Source of the DNA: Marsupella aquatica
Taxonomy: Eukaryota > Plantae > Marchantiophyta
Assembly (NCBI GenBank): GCA_973895155.1
Contig: OZ316896.1
Coordinates: forward strand, 1,364,001-1,428,000
DNA length: 64,000 nucleotides
Direction of reading: 5' to 3'
The position numbers and the translations under genes are program-made. Each line of letters starts with the position of its first letter. Position 1 is the first letter of the stretch. This document shows, piece by piece, positions 48,053-60,039 of the stretch. The notes beneath the pieces were generated by a model. It ran no database searches and was not told the DNA's origin. It saw nothing but the letters and a program-made list of their open reading frames with translations.

Positions 48053-50853
48053 TTAAAATATGTACAAGCATGCAGCAGCTGTTGCGAGTGCCATGAGCAG
48101 TGCTGATACAAAATTTACACCTGTGTTACTTAAAATGTCATATCCAGTAATCCTTTTCACCGTTGGACCTGGTTTTCCAACAACCTGCATGATTGATAGG
48201 ATTCCGCACATCAGATACGGAGTAAATGTGCAGAGCAGAAAGATCTAACAATCTAAAGTCGCTCTATGTTCTATCCCCCCAAGTTATGCATCAAACGCAC
48301 TAATCCGAATGAAAACGGTAAAACCTATGCCACAACATAGATCTTACAGGGCTGAGAATTGAAGTAATCTCCAAGCAAGTCTTTTTCTTTCACAGGTGTG
48401 CACGTCCTCTCTAGCTTCCTCTCACATGATTGTGGCATCGAATTTAGTTGTTGGGGCATCGAATTTAGTTGTTGGGGCATCGAATTTAGTTGTTTTGGCT
48501 GTACAGCCTCTCGCCATAACAGGGCACAATATGTAGTCTAGCCCCAAAATAGAGAAATATATATATATTTTACCTTCTTGCGGACAGCACAGTAACCACT
48601 GAACTGCACAGTTGCTCCGAGCACAGAATCAAATAGGCTGCCAAGAAGGCCTACAACAGTACCTACAAGCACGACAAGCCACTGTTTCTGTGCGGAAACT
48701 CCTGTGCAAGTGGTGGTGAACAATCCAGAAACAAAGAATGTCAGCCCAACGAAAGCTCCTCCTGCGGCTGATGCAGCCAGGCCTAAGAGAGTGACTCCAC
48801 CATTGGTGCCTCGTTGCACTTGCTGCAACAAAGCGCAAAAATTAGGTGTGACCGTAAAGAGTTCTAAGAAACGGCCTATGTTCACGCCCGATTTCTCACC
48901 TAATGAACCATGTGCAAGAAAATTGGATGCGCAATTCCAATAACCGAGAGACTTGCAAAAAGACTGAGTCGTACTGACTTTACAAGCGAACCATATGAAT
49001 TCAGAAGGAAAAAGAATCTTGTTAGCTTCTATATCCAATGCACTCCCACAACCAAAATCTTGACTGAGAGTTTTCTCTGGGCCTTCCAGACTTCAACACT
49101 AGATTTGCTTCCGCAGGTAGTTAAAAACAGACTACAACACCATAAACTCACTTTCGTCTACTACTACTCTTATGTTTCTGACTTGAGTTTTCTCGTTTAG
49201 AGGAATGATCCTGAGTTCTCTTCCTTATCCCCGGGACCGATTACCCTACAAAGGATATCAGTTCAGATACATGTTCACGACACTCGTTCCAACCAAGAAA
49301 CGATAGAGTGCTGTATTTTTCGAAATACCCTTGTTCAGCCGAAGTTCCAGTCCTTTTCACTAGAGCTATCCACTGAGCTCAAATAGACAAGAGGGTGAAG
49401 AAAAATTGCCTACCTTACCCTGGATAGGGCCAGCGGAAGAGATAGGGGAACAGAGCGATCAGGACGACATACCCGTAGTGTTATGATGAGCCGAGGTGTA
49501 CAACTGCTGAGGACTCCAATCTCAGATGACCAGGTGTCGCCATTACAGCAAGCGTAATGACCGAGAATACCACCTAACAAGCCTGTCACCAGGGGTGCTT
49601 CACGGGTATCCAAGCAAGTATCTTGAAACCCCGTCACATAAGCCACCAAAGTAGATAGGAATGTAGCTACGGCACTGTTTGCAAGAACTTGGGACCTGCG
49701 CAGAGAAATACGTTATCCAGGCTCGTCAACTTACACAAATTGGATTCAGGCAACGAAAGGAGGACAGAAAAAAATTGCGAAGAGCATTCAGCCACACCAA
49801 AAGTAAAGGGTGTAGTTGTTGCACCAGTCTCGCTGGCCGCCTTCTTTAAATTCCTCCTCCACATTTCGTTTCTCCTCGGATTTGAGCTTAGTCAGATATG
49901 ATGAACTCATAAAGAATGCAAGAATGACCGCTGCAAATCTGCAAACTAGTAACATCAACACCAAAGTCCGACGCTGAGTCTCTTCGCAGAATTGAGCGCT
50001 TAATGACGATTACTAGACGAGATAATGCCGATGCAATATCGTATGACAACGAAAGCAAAAAGTTTCGGATAAGCAGCACTAACAAAAACATCTTGCAAGT
50101 AACCAATAGAGAGAACACGAATTCTCTCGTGTACATCGTGTACTAATATGTGTAGATCCACACTATTAAATATTTCTCAGCATATTCATGCGAACGTCAG
50201 AATCCATAGCTGAGGACGAAGACAGTCGGGTCTCAAAAAGAAGCCCACGAAAGTAATCTAGACAAGAATGTTTTCCACTCTTCTTGCTTTCACATGGCGA
50301 TCTCTTCGGTGGATGCCAGCTTTTAAGCGATATCCTCGAGGTCTGCCGTACGGTGACTGATTGCATGAGCTCAGCCTGATGTCGTAAGAATTCCTACGAT
50401 CAAGGACCACTACTTTCATGCGAGACGCCACCAGCTAAACTCGCCCGACAAAACATTCGAACATCGGACGAATTGAGCTGCATATCATGCATATGAAAGG
50501 ACTCTCGACTTCCAATGCAGAATTCTCCGTAGATCACTAAGTAATAACAATACAGGGTAAGAACCTGCGTAACTACAACTGTGGGTTGTAAAGTAACAGG
50601 AAAACCTGCGGAAGCTATCAAAACGAATCCCTAAGATATTACACTTGGCACCTCCATTCAATCAAAAATCCCAATCAATTTCGTCCGCGCAAGGATGAAG
50701 CAAGAAGAGGGACCTGGGGCCAGCCATCATGGTGGCTGTGAGCACGAGGAAGCCGGCTACAGCCCCCGACGGCGAGAGCGACTTTTTGTGAAGAGAGCGA
50801 GCTGCAATTGAAGCCCCCACCAGCATTGACAGTACCGGTCTCAACAACCCCAT
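48053..50853 (-). CDS. PGR: DUF92/TMEM19 membrane protein (PGR-like); 5 exons, 285 aa
   Basis: Exons 50853-50714, 49938-49825, 49695-49473, 48822-48574 and 48184-48053 sum to 858 nt. Motifs KSLSPSGA, KEGGQRDWSQVLAN, ACCNGDTWSSEIG, GTNGGVT, GSLFDSVLGAT. Confidence 0.9.
48434..48495. repeat. 3 x 21-bp repeat in PGR intron 4
   Basis: GGCATCGAATTTAGTTGTTGG repeated in tandem. Confidence 0.9.
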
Positions 50854-51681
50854 GGCACCTCCGTCGAATAAAATAACGATGATGATGATGTACCAAACAG
50901 AGAAGGCACAACCGTGGCCTGTCTACGCACCGCCAGGCTTCGCCACTCGGTCAAATGTGCTCGTATGGAGAAGTACCGTAAGAACCGAGTAGAGCCACGC
51001 ACAGCAGACCCGGATTGATATGGACTGACTCGCCGGCAGAAGGTTTGGGCTTTATTCCACTGGAAATTCCGATGGTTCCAGAGTGTTGATGACACAAAAT
51101 TCTTGAAAGACAAGCTGTGCTGAAGACAAAGAGGAAGGGACTCAAGAATATGACTGTCTAATAAGTTCGTCAAAGCAACATCAGCACTACTTTGACATCA
51201 GCTGTGGTGAGTAGTCGATAACTAGAACACAATTCTCGAGCAAGAATGTTAATGGCGCTACTTCAGTATCAGGCTGCGGGGAAGAAAGAAAAAGGCACCT
51301 AGTGATGCCACGGGAAAAGGTCTCTCTCTCGCTCTCTCTCCTGCTTGCTGCCTAACCTGTCGGTGCCGACTGAAAAAATATTCTCAAGCTGAATGAAGAG
51401 GACAAGCGCGATTACAGTAAAAGAAACTGTCCCCTAGCGCACTCCATCATCATCATTACTTCAGTCCATCCTTCTCATAGTCAGTGAGAGCCTGAGTCAA
51501 AATCTTCGAGCAGGTCAAAACGCCACACAGAACACTGTAGTTCGAGATTCTTCTCGGTGAGATTGCAGACGCACGAAGAGTCAGCTCAGTAGCAGTCTTG
51601 CCCCTGTCAGATGAATTAGTCGGCGATCGCGTGCAGGACGAGACTACGTCAGACCAATTGAACATCAAAGCACTTCCCATT

Positions 51682-51912
51682 CACAAATCAGCCAAACGAA
51701 AATATTCCATGAGGGAAGAAAACAGAGCAGGTCCAGTTGTGGTACAGTACCATCTGATTCACGAATCAGCCAAACGAAAATTCCACAAAAGGGAAGACGA
51801 AAACATAGCAGATACTGAGAAGTCGACAGAATAATCAGCGAAGGGCCACATCGATCACAACTTCCCTATTCATAATTAGCCGAACGAAAATCTCATGAAC
51901 GGGGAAGAGAAC
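51682..51912. repeat. Three degenerate ~50-bp repeats upstream of PGR
   Basis: AATCAGCCAAACGAAAA...GGGAAGA-like motif at ~51685, 51764 and 51874. Confidence 0.6.
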
Positions 51913-54748
51913 AAAGGAGATTCTCGGCAGACGACAGAACGACCATGAAAGGGGAAAAAGAATTCCAAGCTCACTTCCATTCTCGTACTCTACGCATTCA
52001 GCAGAGCAAATTCTGGAGCGCGATCTAAGCAGACGCTGACTGTCTTGAGTTCAGATCGGGGACTGTGCTTCATCACGTCAGTGAACCCCCTCTAAATGCA
52101 CACTCCCCATAAGAACCCTCGACCATGCACTTCATAAACGGTATGCAGTAGAACTGCAATTTTCAACATGAGCTTGCACTTATCAATAAGCTTCCAGATC
52201 TTATACTTATCAATGAAGAATGGACTGTCGTCGAAACCTGGTTCATTTAATTACATTTATTTTCGAGTGGGTGTGATCTGATGGGAGAATTTGTCAAAGC
52301 AAACAAGTTCTCCGATGTGTAGTTTGTCTGGAATTTTGTTGACAGCTACCGTAGCCAAATCATTTGCTCCAAAGAACACTTTTCCCGAGCATTTTGCATC
52401 ATGCTAGTTTTTTTAGCTAGGCTGACCCTGTTGAATTTCATTTCTCCCAATTTCACTACATGGCCAACTTATTCTTCTAGATCATAAACTTTATACTTCT
52501 ACCTGGTGCCAGTTTCTTTTAACTCTTAATTTCTTTGAGAGCATAGTGACTATCAAAGTATATATGCACAAATTACCCCTTGGCATTACTAGTCCACAAA
52601 CAATGTATATATGCAAAAATCAACCCCTGGCATTACTCCACAAGTGCAATATGAAGCCTCCATGGACTGTAGATGGAAACCATGCAACGGGGATGCACTT
52701 CTTAGTAAAAATGTCAGGTGACATTGTGAGTAAATTGTCCTCCATCAAGGCTACAAAAACCATAGGAGTATTTTGGCAAATGTAGAAGTCCGTCCTGGCT
52801 AATTCCCACAAGTGTAACAAATACCTACAGAAAGCCTCACACTCTTATCAATCACAGTTCAGGTTAAAGTGCATGCTTTTATGGATAACTGTGTTTTTCA
52901 ACCTTACAGAGATATTTGCACTTCTATGTGGATGGCCTCGAAACATCAATTAAAACTGTGAAGAATAGACCTTACAACAAAAGCAGATTTTGCATTGACG
53001 ACAGATGCACCTAGGAAGGTCTTGATTGTAATCTCGTCGGTTTGCTGACACTGGAGCCTCGTGAAAACTGAGAAAATAATTATTTTTGTCTAGGGAAAAG
53101 TGCAGAGAAAAGGCGCAGCTCTCAACAGCAGTGTAAAGTACGGGAAAAAAGTCTGCCATAGACTCCCTATGCTCCAGACCAATGAAGGACTCACGTCGGT
53201 AGTCTCGTCCATTCCTGACCGTGCGTTTCCATAATTCTGTTGTCCGAGAACATGTGACACCGCAATTAGCGGAATCCGCTTTGCCACTGTACCTATTTCC
53301 ATGGCAGGACCATAACTAGTGCACCGTACATTAGTACCGTACGTCAGATGACTACGATGTGCCGATGTGGGTCTGTATACAGTACCTACAGTACAATTAA
53401 ACTAATTATGTACAGTAAGTCGTTCCCAGTACATAGGAGGAGTTACATCCACATTAGCAGTGTACCAAACAAGATTTATTATAAATACAGTGTCAGGGCC
53501 GATTGCCACTGGGGCGAGTGCCCCGTGTATTTGATTCCCTCACGAGAACTGGTACCTCCAGGGAACCGTCCCTAAAGAAGAGGTGGAGAGCCCAGGTCTT
53601 CCGTGGTTAGATTCTGGGGACTTTGGTGTGAGGATGTCAGGACCCAGGTGGCCAGGCGACATGGGACTAGTTAGCACATTGGCTAATTGGGGGGCGAGTT
53701 TGGGGGTCAATTTTGTTGTGAATTTGGCAATTTGAATTCAAGCTATGTGTGCACATTTGTGATCCAGGCGCAGTTGGAAAGCAATGTTTACTTAGGTGAA
53801 ACTCTTTAATGTGGCTTTGATGGGATAACAGTTTCCCTTGCCCTTGACTTATGGAGTGATATCTATAAAGCTCTTGCCAAGAAATTGATCCTACTGCTTG
53901 AAATGTGTGTGGTGGGAGAAAAACAACTACAGTAATGGAATGAATAATTTAAGTGACGTCTTTTATTATGGACCCCATGAGAATTGCTTTCCAAAGTCTC
54001 TGGCTTCGCTCAATATACAAGCACCTGGCACCACTATGAGTCAGTGCAAAAATGAAACATCACTGGACCCAATAAAGGATGAGGAAATAATGACTTTGAC
54101 TGTAAATGATGAGCTCTATGGATGTTTATGACAAAGTTTTTCAATGGATGAGGCAAAGATTTGTTAGAGCAATTATTACTGGCTAGTAATTTCTGTATAT
54201 TATGTTCATTATTATTCCAAAAACGTTGTCATCACAGGTCCAATACAGGTCCACAAACTCATATTTATTTGGGAAAATGGCAAAGAGCCCAAAGATTAAT
54301 TTGTAGAGAATTCTTGTGATGTCATTGCGGAGTCTTGGCTTGCACAATATTAGTGTCATGGAGCAAATAACCATTGTTATCTCATTGTGGAAGTCTTGCC
54401 TTGCACAGTGTTCATGTTGTGGAAGCGCCTATGTCATGGAGTGAAGATTTAAACACAAAGAGATACACGTCTGAATAGGATTTGTAAGCTTCCATGAGAA
54501 ACCTGGAAACATAGATCTTGACTTAGATCACACACATTTAGAGTCACAAAAAGTTTGAACTAGCTAAGATACATGAGATTGGATGGAACTTTAGCCCTCC
54601 AAAAGATTCTTAATTGTACATGAGATACATAATGTTTGACTTGGACATCTGACACAAATTTAGAATCACAAAACTTTACCCCCAACACAAATGGCACCTA
54701 GTTGGTGACCCTAAAGTTTGAGTGGAGAAAACTTGGGAGAATTACTTA

Positions 54749-56245
54749 GAGTGGTGGACCTTGCCACCCAGCGCCCTCACCAATCCCAGCACTCACGCCT
54801 AAGTGCCCCTGGTGCTCGAATGCCTCCACGGAATATCTTGAGCAAGCATCCTAGTGCCTCTTACACCACCAGCGGCCCCTCCCATACGAAGCCGCACTTG
54901 CTCACCTACACGACCGCTACTCAACGGTCCTCACTGTCTGCACAAGCAACCAAGCACCTCGGTAAGTAACCCTTCAGGACCTAGAACTCGCCAAGTCTAG
55001 CATCCTAACTCAAGCTCAACAGACAATGGTAAATAGGTCAGTGATAGGTCCTCCCGATGCCATAAGCTGGAACCAGAACCCACGCCCATTGTTCGTCCAG
55101 AAACAGCTCCTTCCATGGGTGCGGCCCGGGTTCCCCCTCGTACCTATCCATCACCAGTTGACCACCCTGATCTCAGGACGTACTCATGGCCCAAATAGCG
55201 TAGCTTGTCCCAAACCTGTCCCAAGCTTGTCCCAACACGCCGAGACCAGAATGGCCCCGAGTCTAGCAACCAACTCCCGATTCGCCTCACTAATGGCCTA
55301 GGGACCGAGCACTCTTGGAACTCAACATCCACACCTACTTGGCCTTGCCTCCCCAACACAAGCTCCCACGAGAGACTGAACGCGGCTTGGCTGCTATTCG
55401 GTAGGATTTGGCAAGCGGGTGAGTTAACACCAGCAAACCCTGAGAACCCATGGTGCCCCAGACCCAGCTGAGCTCAGGAGGGCATAGCCCTCCTCAAGAG
55501 CTTTCTAACGCACCCAAGAAGTCCTCCAACGGACTTCCCGTTGGGAAGATATCGTTGCTTCCGTTTGGCGGATTCCCTTAGTGTCGCGACCGCCGCGTCT
55601 CATGACTTCGGCTTGCCCTTAGCCCCCAGGGAGACACCACTCCCCTCATATATGCTTCTGGAGACCTGCCACCCCTGGACCAACTTTGGTCCCTAAACAT
55701 TTTGCCTCCAACCTAGATCCTATCGCGCATAATGGTCGCGCCACCAACTGGCAACGCCCATAACTCTCTCGTTAGGCATCCGCAAGCGGAGTGCCTTAGC
55801 CCGTTGTGATCGGGACGACCCAGTGCTCATGCCTAGGTCCTCAGGTCTCATCGCCGCTCTAGGCCCCCGATCGGCCCAACCCGGATCGGGCCATAACTTG
55901 CGCCCCAAGCGTTCGTTGCCCATGACGTCAACTCCATGGGCCTTGGGCCCAAGAGGAGCTCACCCTCAAGCCCTCAAAACTCAAAGTCCATCTGGAGGTC
56001 CGGACAGTCGTCCTTGAGCCCGGCCCATTTCCCCTTCACCCGACCAGCTCTCAGCTAGCCCAAGTCCTTAGTGTGTGTCACCAGCTTGGCTCCTTACCTT
56101 CGCTAGTGGCACTTCTCTTCGCTCACCAGTCTCCCCATGCTAAGTCCTCCCCGGATGGCCTATCCGGGCCTGGACCATAAGGGAGCTCGACGTCGGAGTC
56201 AGTGACGCCGGAGCTAAGTATTAAGATAGTCGAGTTCCGCGACTC
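54749..56245. mobile_element. ~1.5-kb interspersed repeat, copy 2 (putative non-autonomous PIF/Harbinger-like element)
   Basis: Imperfect 15-bp TIR GAGTGGTGGACCTTG versus reverse-complemented GAGTCGCGGAACTCG (11/15); TTA on both flanks (54746-54748, 56246-56248); homologous to 20281-21763. Confidence 0.8.
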
Positions 56246-56680
56246 TTAGTCACCCCTACAAGTTGCATTTACACCCAAAAATGTTACTAAAAATATTTAA
56301 AGTTAAAATCTACAAAATACCCCTCGTACTTCAATGCAAGGGATCTTTTGGGGAATTCTCTTTGTCAGATTTGATCAATCCATTCTAGCCCAAACATGAA
56401 GAGTCAAATTAACTACAAGTTTGATATGAATTTCCATATGCACTTTGGTACAAATTTGTTGCAATTACCTGTCTCTTTTCAATGTCATTGTCATGGAGTA
56501 CTTAGGGAACACAGGCACATTGTATGACTGCAGTCTAGGGATATTCTCAAAATTAAGCAAACTTTAAGAATATTAGACCTATCGTCAAAGGTCATAAATG
56601 TTCTTGAAAAAGAAAGTATCCTAAACCTTTGATTAACCAGGCATGACTAGCAGCTTTTTCTTGACAAAATATAGTTCAAA

Positions 56681-58670
56681 GACTGCGAGAGAGATTGTGG
56701 AGGTCGTGTAGCTTTCATAAATCCTTAATCAGTCATGATTGTGCCCTCTTTTCTGACTACAGGAATGCAAGGCAGACTCTGCATAATTTGGAAAGACTGC
56801 GAGAGCATGGCGCAGCAAACAATGTTGAACCACATTGCCTCATGGCCCACTCGGTCGCCTAGGATGATCAAGACTATTGATCAATGCTGCATGATTGGGT
56901 TGTGGACTTCAAGGCTCTGGAGCTACGGTGCCAATTCAAGCAGTGGGTCCCGCATTGAAGGAGTGACATCGCCAGCACGAGGTTCTTCTCATTGTCATTA
57001 CCGAGGTGATGATTCAATCACTTTTGACTGAATAATTGGATCAGGTGATCCTGCAAACGTTGCTTGCATTTCATTTAGGCATTTGAACTTACAGAATGCA
57101 AGCTATCTACAGGCAGAGAAAGAACGAACGGAGTTTGGATGCTCCCAAGTGGTTGTTATAGTGAGATGCATTAGTGCTGGCTATTGATCACCTTCAACCA
57201 ACGGTAAGTGCAGCCTGATTACCCCATTCTAAAGATGCATTTGGGTACACAAATCTAGCGTTGCACATTAGCATGAAATTAGATGAAATAGAGACGTATT
57301 CATAAATTTTCATCGAGAATCTTATCTACAAGACCATGATCAGATCTTGGGAATGAACCTACGATGGACAGAATTTACAATCAAGCTTTTCACTTCCTAC
57401 TATTATTCAAAGCAAATGTGTTTGCTGAAGGAGTACAAAATAAACAAGATACATAATACTCCGTTACTTTCTGTATCTAGAGATATATAGCTGACATTTT
57501 TTCATGCGTTTACAAGTATAGACAAGGAATAACTGTCGGAAAGAACTAGAATGACCACATTTTCTTTATTAATTGGAGTAGTCAACTGAAATGCTGACAC
57601 CCTATTTAGTTTCTGATGCAGTGGATCCAAAAAGCCATGCTGAGTCAGTTTCTAGGCAACTGTTTCCTATCCACCATCCATCCAATTCAAATTGGAGCGA
57701 TGAGGAATGACAATGGGGATAAGGTTCAATCAATCGTTTTTTGCACTTTGTGGAGATCCCTGGATTGTGACAGTAAGCCTAGTACTTTGGATAAGAGTCA
57801 TGATTAATGATGGAGTTTGTGTTCTGGCAAACGTGGGCCGGAGCGAACAGCAGCATCAGGGACTTGGGCCGTAGCAGGCGACAACAAGTGAAGGGTGCCA
57901 AAACATAAATGGTAAGTCGATGACACAAAGTTGATCGGGCAACTAGTTACAAAATGATAAATTTGGTTTATGTTTTGACAAACTTGGGCCGAAGCCAACA
58001 ATAGCAACTGGGATTAGGATGACAGTGTATGGGACCCCAGGAAAATGGAGTAACATTAAAGTGTGTGGATTAGGATGGCAGTGTATGGGACCCCAGGAAA
58101 ATGGAGTAACATTAAAGTGTGTGGATTAGGATGGCAGTGTATGTGACCCCAGGAAAATGGAGCAACATTCAAGTGTGTGGTAGATTTAAAGTGAGTTTGA
58201 TGTATAGGTATATTTTTGTAATTGTAGCAACCTGTAGAAAAACATATTTTTATTGTGTTCCCAAAATGCTGGATTGCTTAGAGTCAACTTTTGAATACAA
58301 CAGTGAGGATCAGGATGTACAGTATGCGGGAGTACGCGTCAAGCTACTGTCTTAAATAGCATGTGACATTATTTACCGGATGTGCGAACGTTTGAACTTG
58401 GGAGTCCTCCCCTCGATCCGGAATCCCGCATAGCAAGCAAGGGGGAGGGAGACAGGGGAGACTGGGAGAGAGATCTTGGAGGTCGTGTAGCTCTCATAAA
58501 GACTGCGCGAGAGATCGTGCCATTGTGGAGGTCGTGTAGCTTTCATAAATCCTGTCAAAATGATTGTGCCCTCTTTTCTGACTACAGGAATGCAATGCAA
58601 GGAATGCAAGACACACTCTGCATAATTTGGAAAGTCTGCCGAGAACATGCTGCAGAAGACAATGTTGAAA
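56681..58670. repeat. Dispersed duplication of ~150-170 bp (56681-56830 and 58501-58670)
   Basis: Shared blocks GGAGGTCGTGTAGCTTTCATAAATCCT, ATGATTGTGCCCTCTTTTCTGACTACAGGAATGCAA and CTCTGCATAATTTGGAAAG. Confidence 0.8.
58011..58180. repeat. Minisatellite, 3 x 56 bp
   Basis: GGATTAGGATG.CAGTGTATG.GACCCCAGGAAAATGGAG.AACATT.AAGTGTGT at 58011, 58067 and 58123. Confidence 0.92.
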
Positions 58671-60039
58671 CATTTCGAGTGCGGCGTGCAAGAGAAAGCT
58701 CTTGGATCCCACCGGGCCTGCCAGCCAGTCAACGGCCAGCCTAGTACTTCTACTCTAGAGTTTTGTCCACAGAGAGAGATGGGAGGCGACAGTGCATCTT
58801 GACGACCTCCGCTGCTCCTCCTGCCTCGTCACAAGTCGCTTTTCCTCTTCCTCTTCCTCCACTCGGTGATGACTGATTTTTTCTTTGCAATCTGATGATC
58901 CCTTTCGTCCTATTGCGCCGGTGGTGCAATTTGCGAAGTGAGTGAAGATGTCGTTTTCGTGGAGTCGCACTTTTCAACGCAATGCGTTTGCTTCATTTCA
59001 CTAGAGGAGAGGAGGAGCAGGGAAGGGGAATTGGACAAAGTGCCGTTGAGTGAGTGACATTGAAGGGAGAAGGCGATCTGGAGACTATGACAGTGTGCCG
59101 TTGAGCAAATGTGACACTGGGAAATCGATCTGGCGTTCTGGACTTTGCAGTGGAGCAAAGTAGAGCAGCGCAGAGTATCGATGGCTACGGGATGGAGATG
59201 CAGGCGAAGAAGAGCGGCAGCATCAGTATTAGTAGGAGACGAATCAGTGCAGAGAGTGTTGTCGTTAGCAGATGCCACTGCTGCTGTGGATGGAGCCGAG
59301 ATTTAGACGTAATCGGTGTCGAGGTGGTGGTCCGCAATTGAAGTCAATGCAGCCGGTTGGAGAATTGTAATATGGGATCAAGGCGGGGCGGCTCTTCGGC
59401 CCCTCGGATTCTGGGAGCTCTTGTCGCTCTATCTTTGATTTGCAGTGCAGGTATGGGTCTCGTCTCTCTTGGAGGTCGAGAGGCCTTCCAACGCAATGAG
59501 TGAATGTATTCTTTTCCCTTTTCCAATCTGCACAAGCTCTGGACAATAGTTTTCCATTCGACATCAGTATCCCATGAGCTGAGACTTTCCGCTGCCGAGG
59601 TGGTGAGTGAATGTCTGTCTGCCTTTCCATTCCAATGTGCGCAAGCTATCCAAGATGCTGTCCATCTCGACATTTGCGTTCCATGGGCCAAGACTTCCCG
59701 CTGGCCTAGACTTAACTAGGCATTCGACTCCGCTAGTGGACAATGTTTGTGACAAGCGATCCACCGGATTAGATTGTTTCTCATCATCGTGTGAGATTCT
59801 TCTCCTTGCATAATGTTGCGGTGGGCTTTGGGTTTGTGAGGAAAAATGAAGAAGTGCATGCGATCTCAGTTCATAGATCCCAGCGGAGGGTGAGAGAGGC
59901 CCCTTCTAGCACAGCTCCATCCTTAAGTCAGAGCACTTGCTTTATATTATGCTCTGATTGGATAACCTTGGATCTAACTGGATAACCTTGGCAGCATTGA
60001 GATTTTGATTTGGATTTCTGTCTCTCATGCGTTTCAAGA

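Noticed and set aside
20281-56245. The two 1.5-kb repeats as LTRs of one giant element
   Set aside because: No TG...CA ends, no PBS/PPT and no shared TSD; copy 2 has its own TTA duplication and ordinary host genes lie between them.
56760-57030. Possible protein-kinase N-lobe relic (DWVVDFKALEL...SSGSRI)
   Set aside because: The resemblance is only a few residues, needs a frameshift, and no downstream kinase motifs (VAIK, HRD, DFG) were found.
58373-59990. Overlapping 70-120-aa ORFs upstream of RAY1
   Set aside because: No domain motifs or consistent exon chain; more likely promoter/5' UTR and duplicated fragments.
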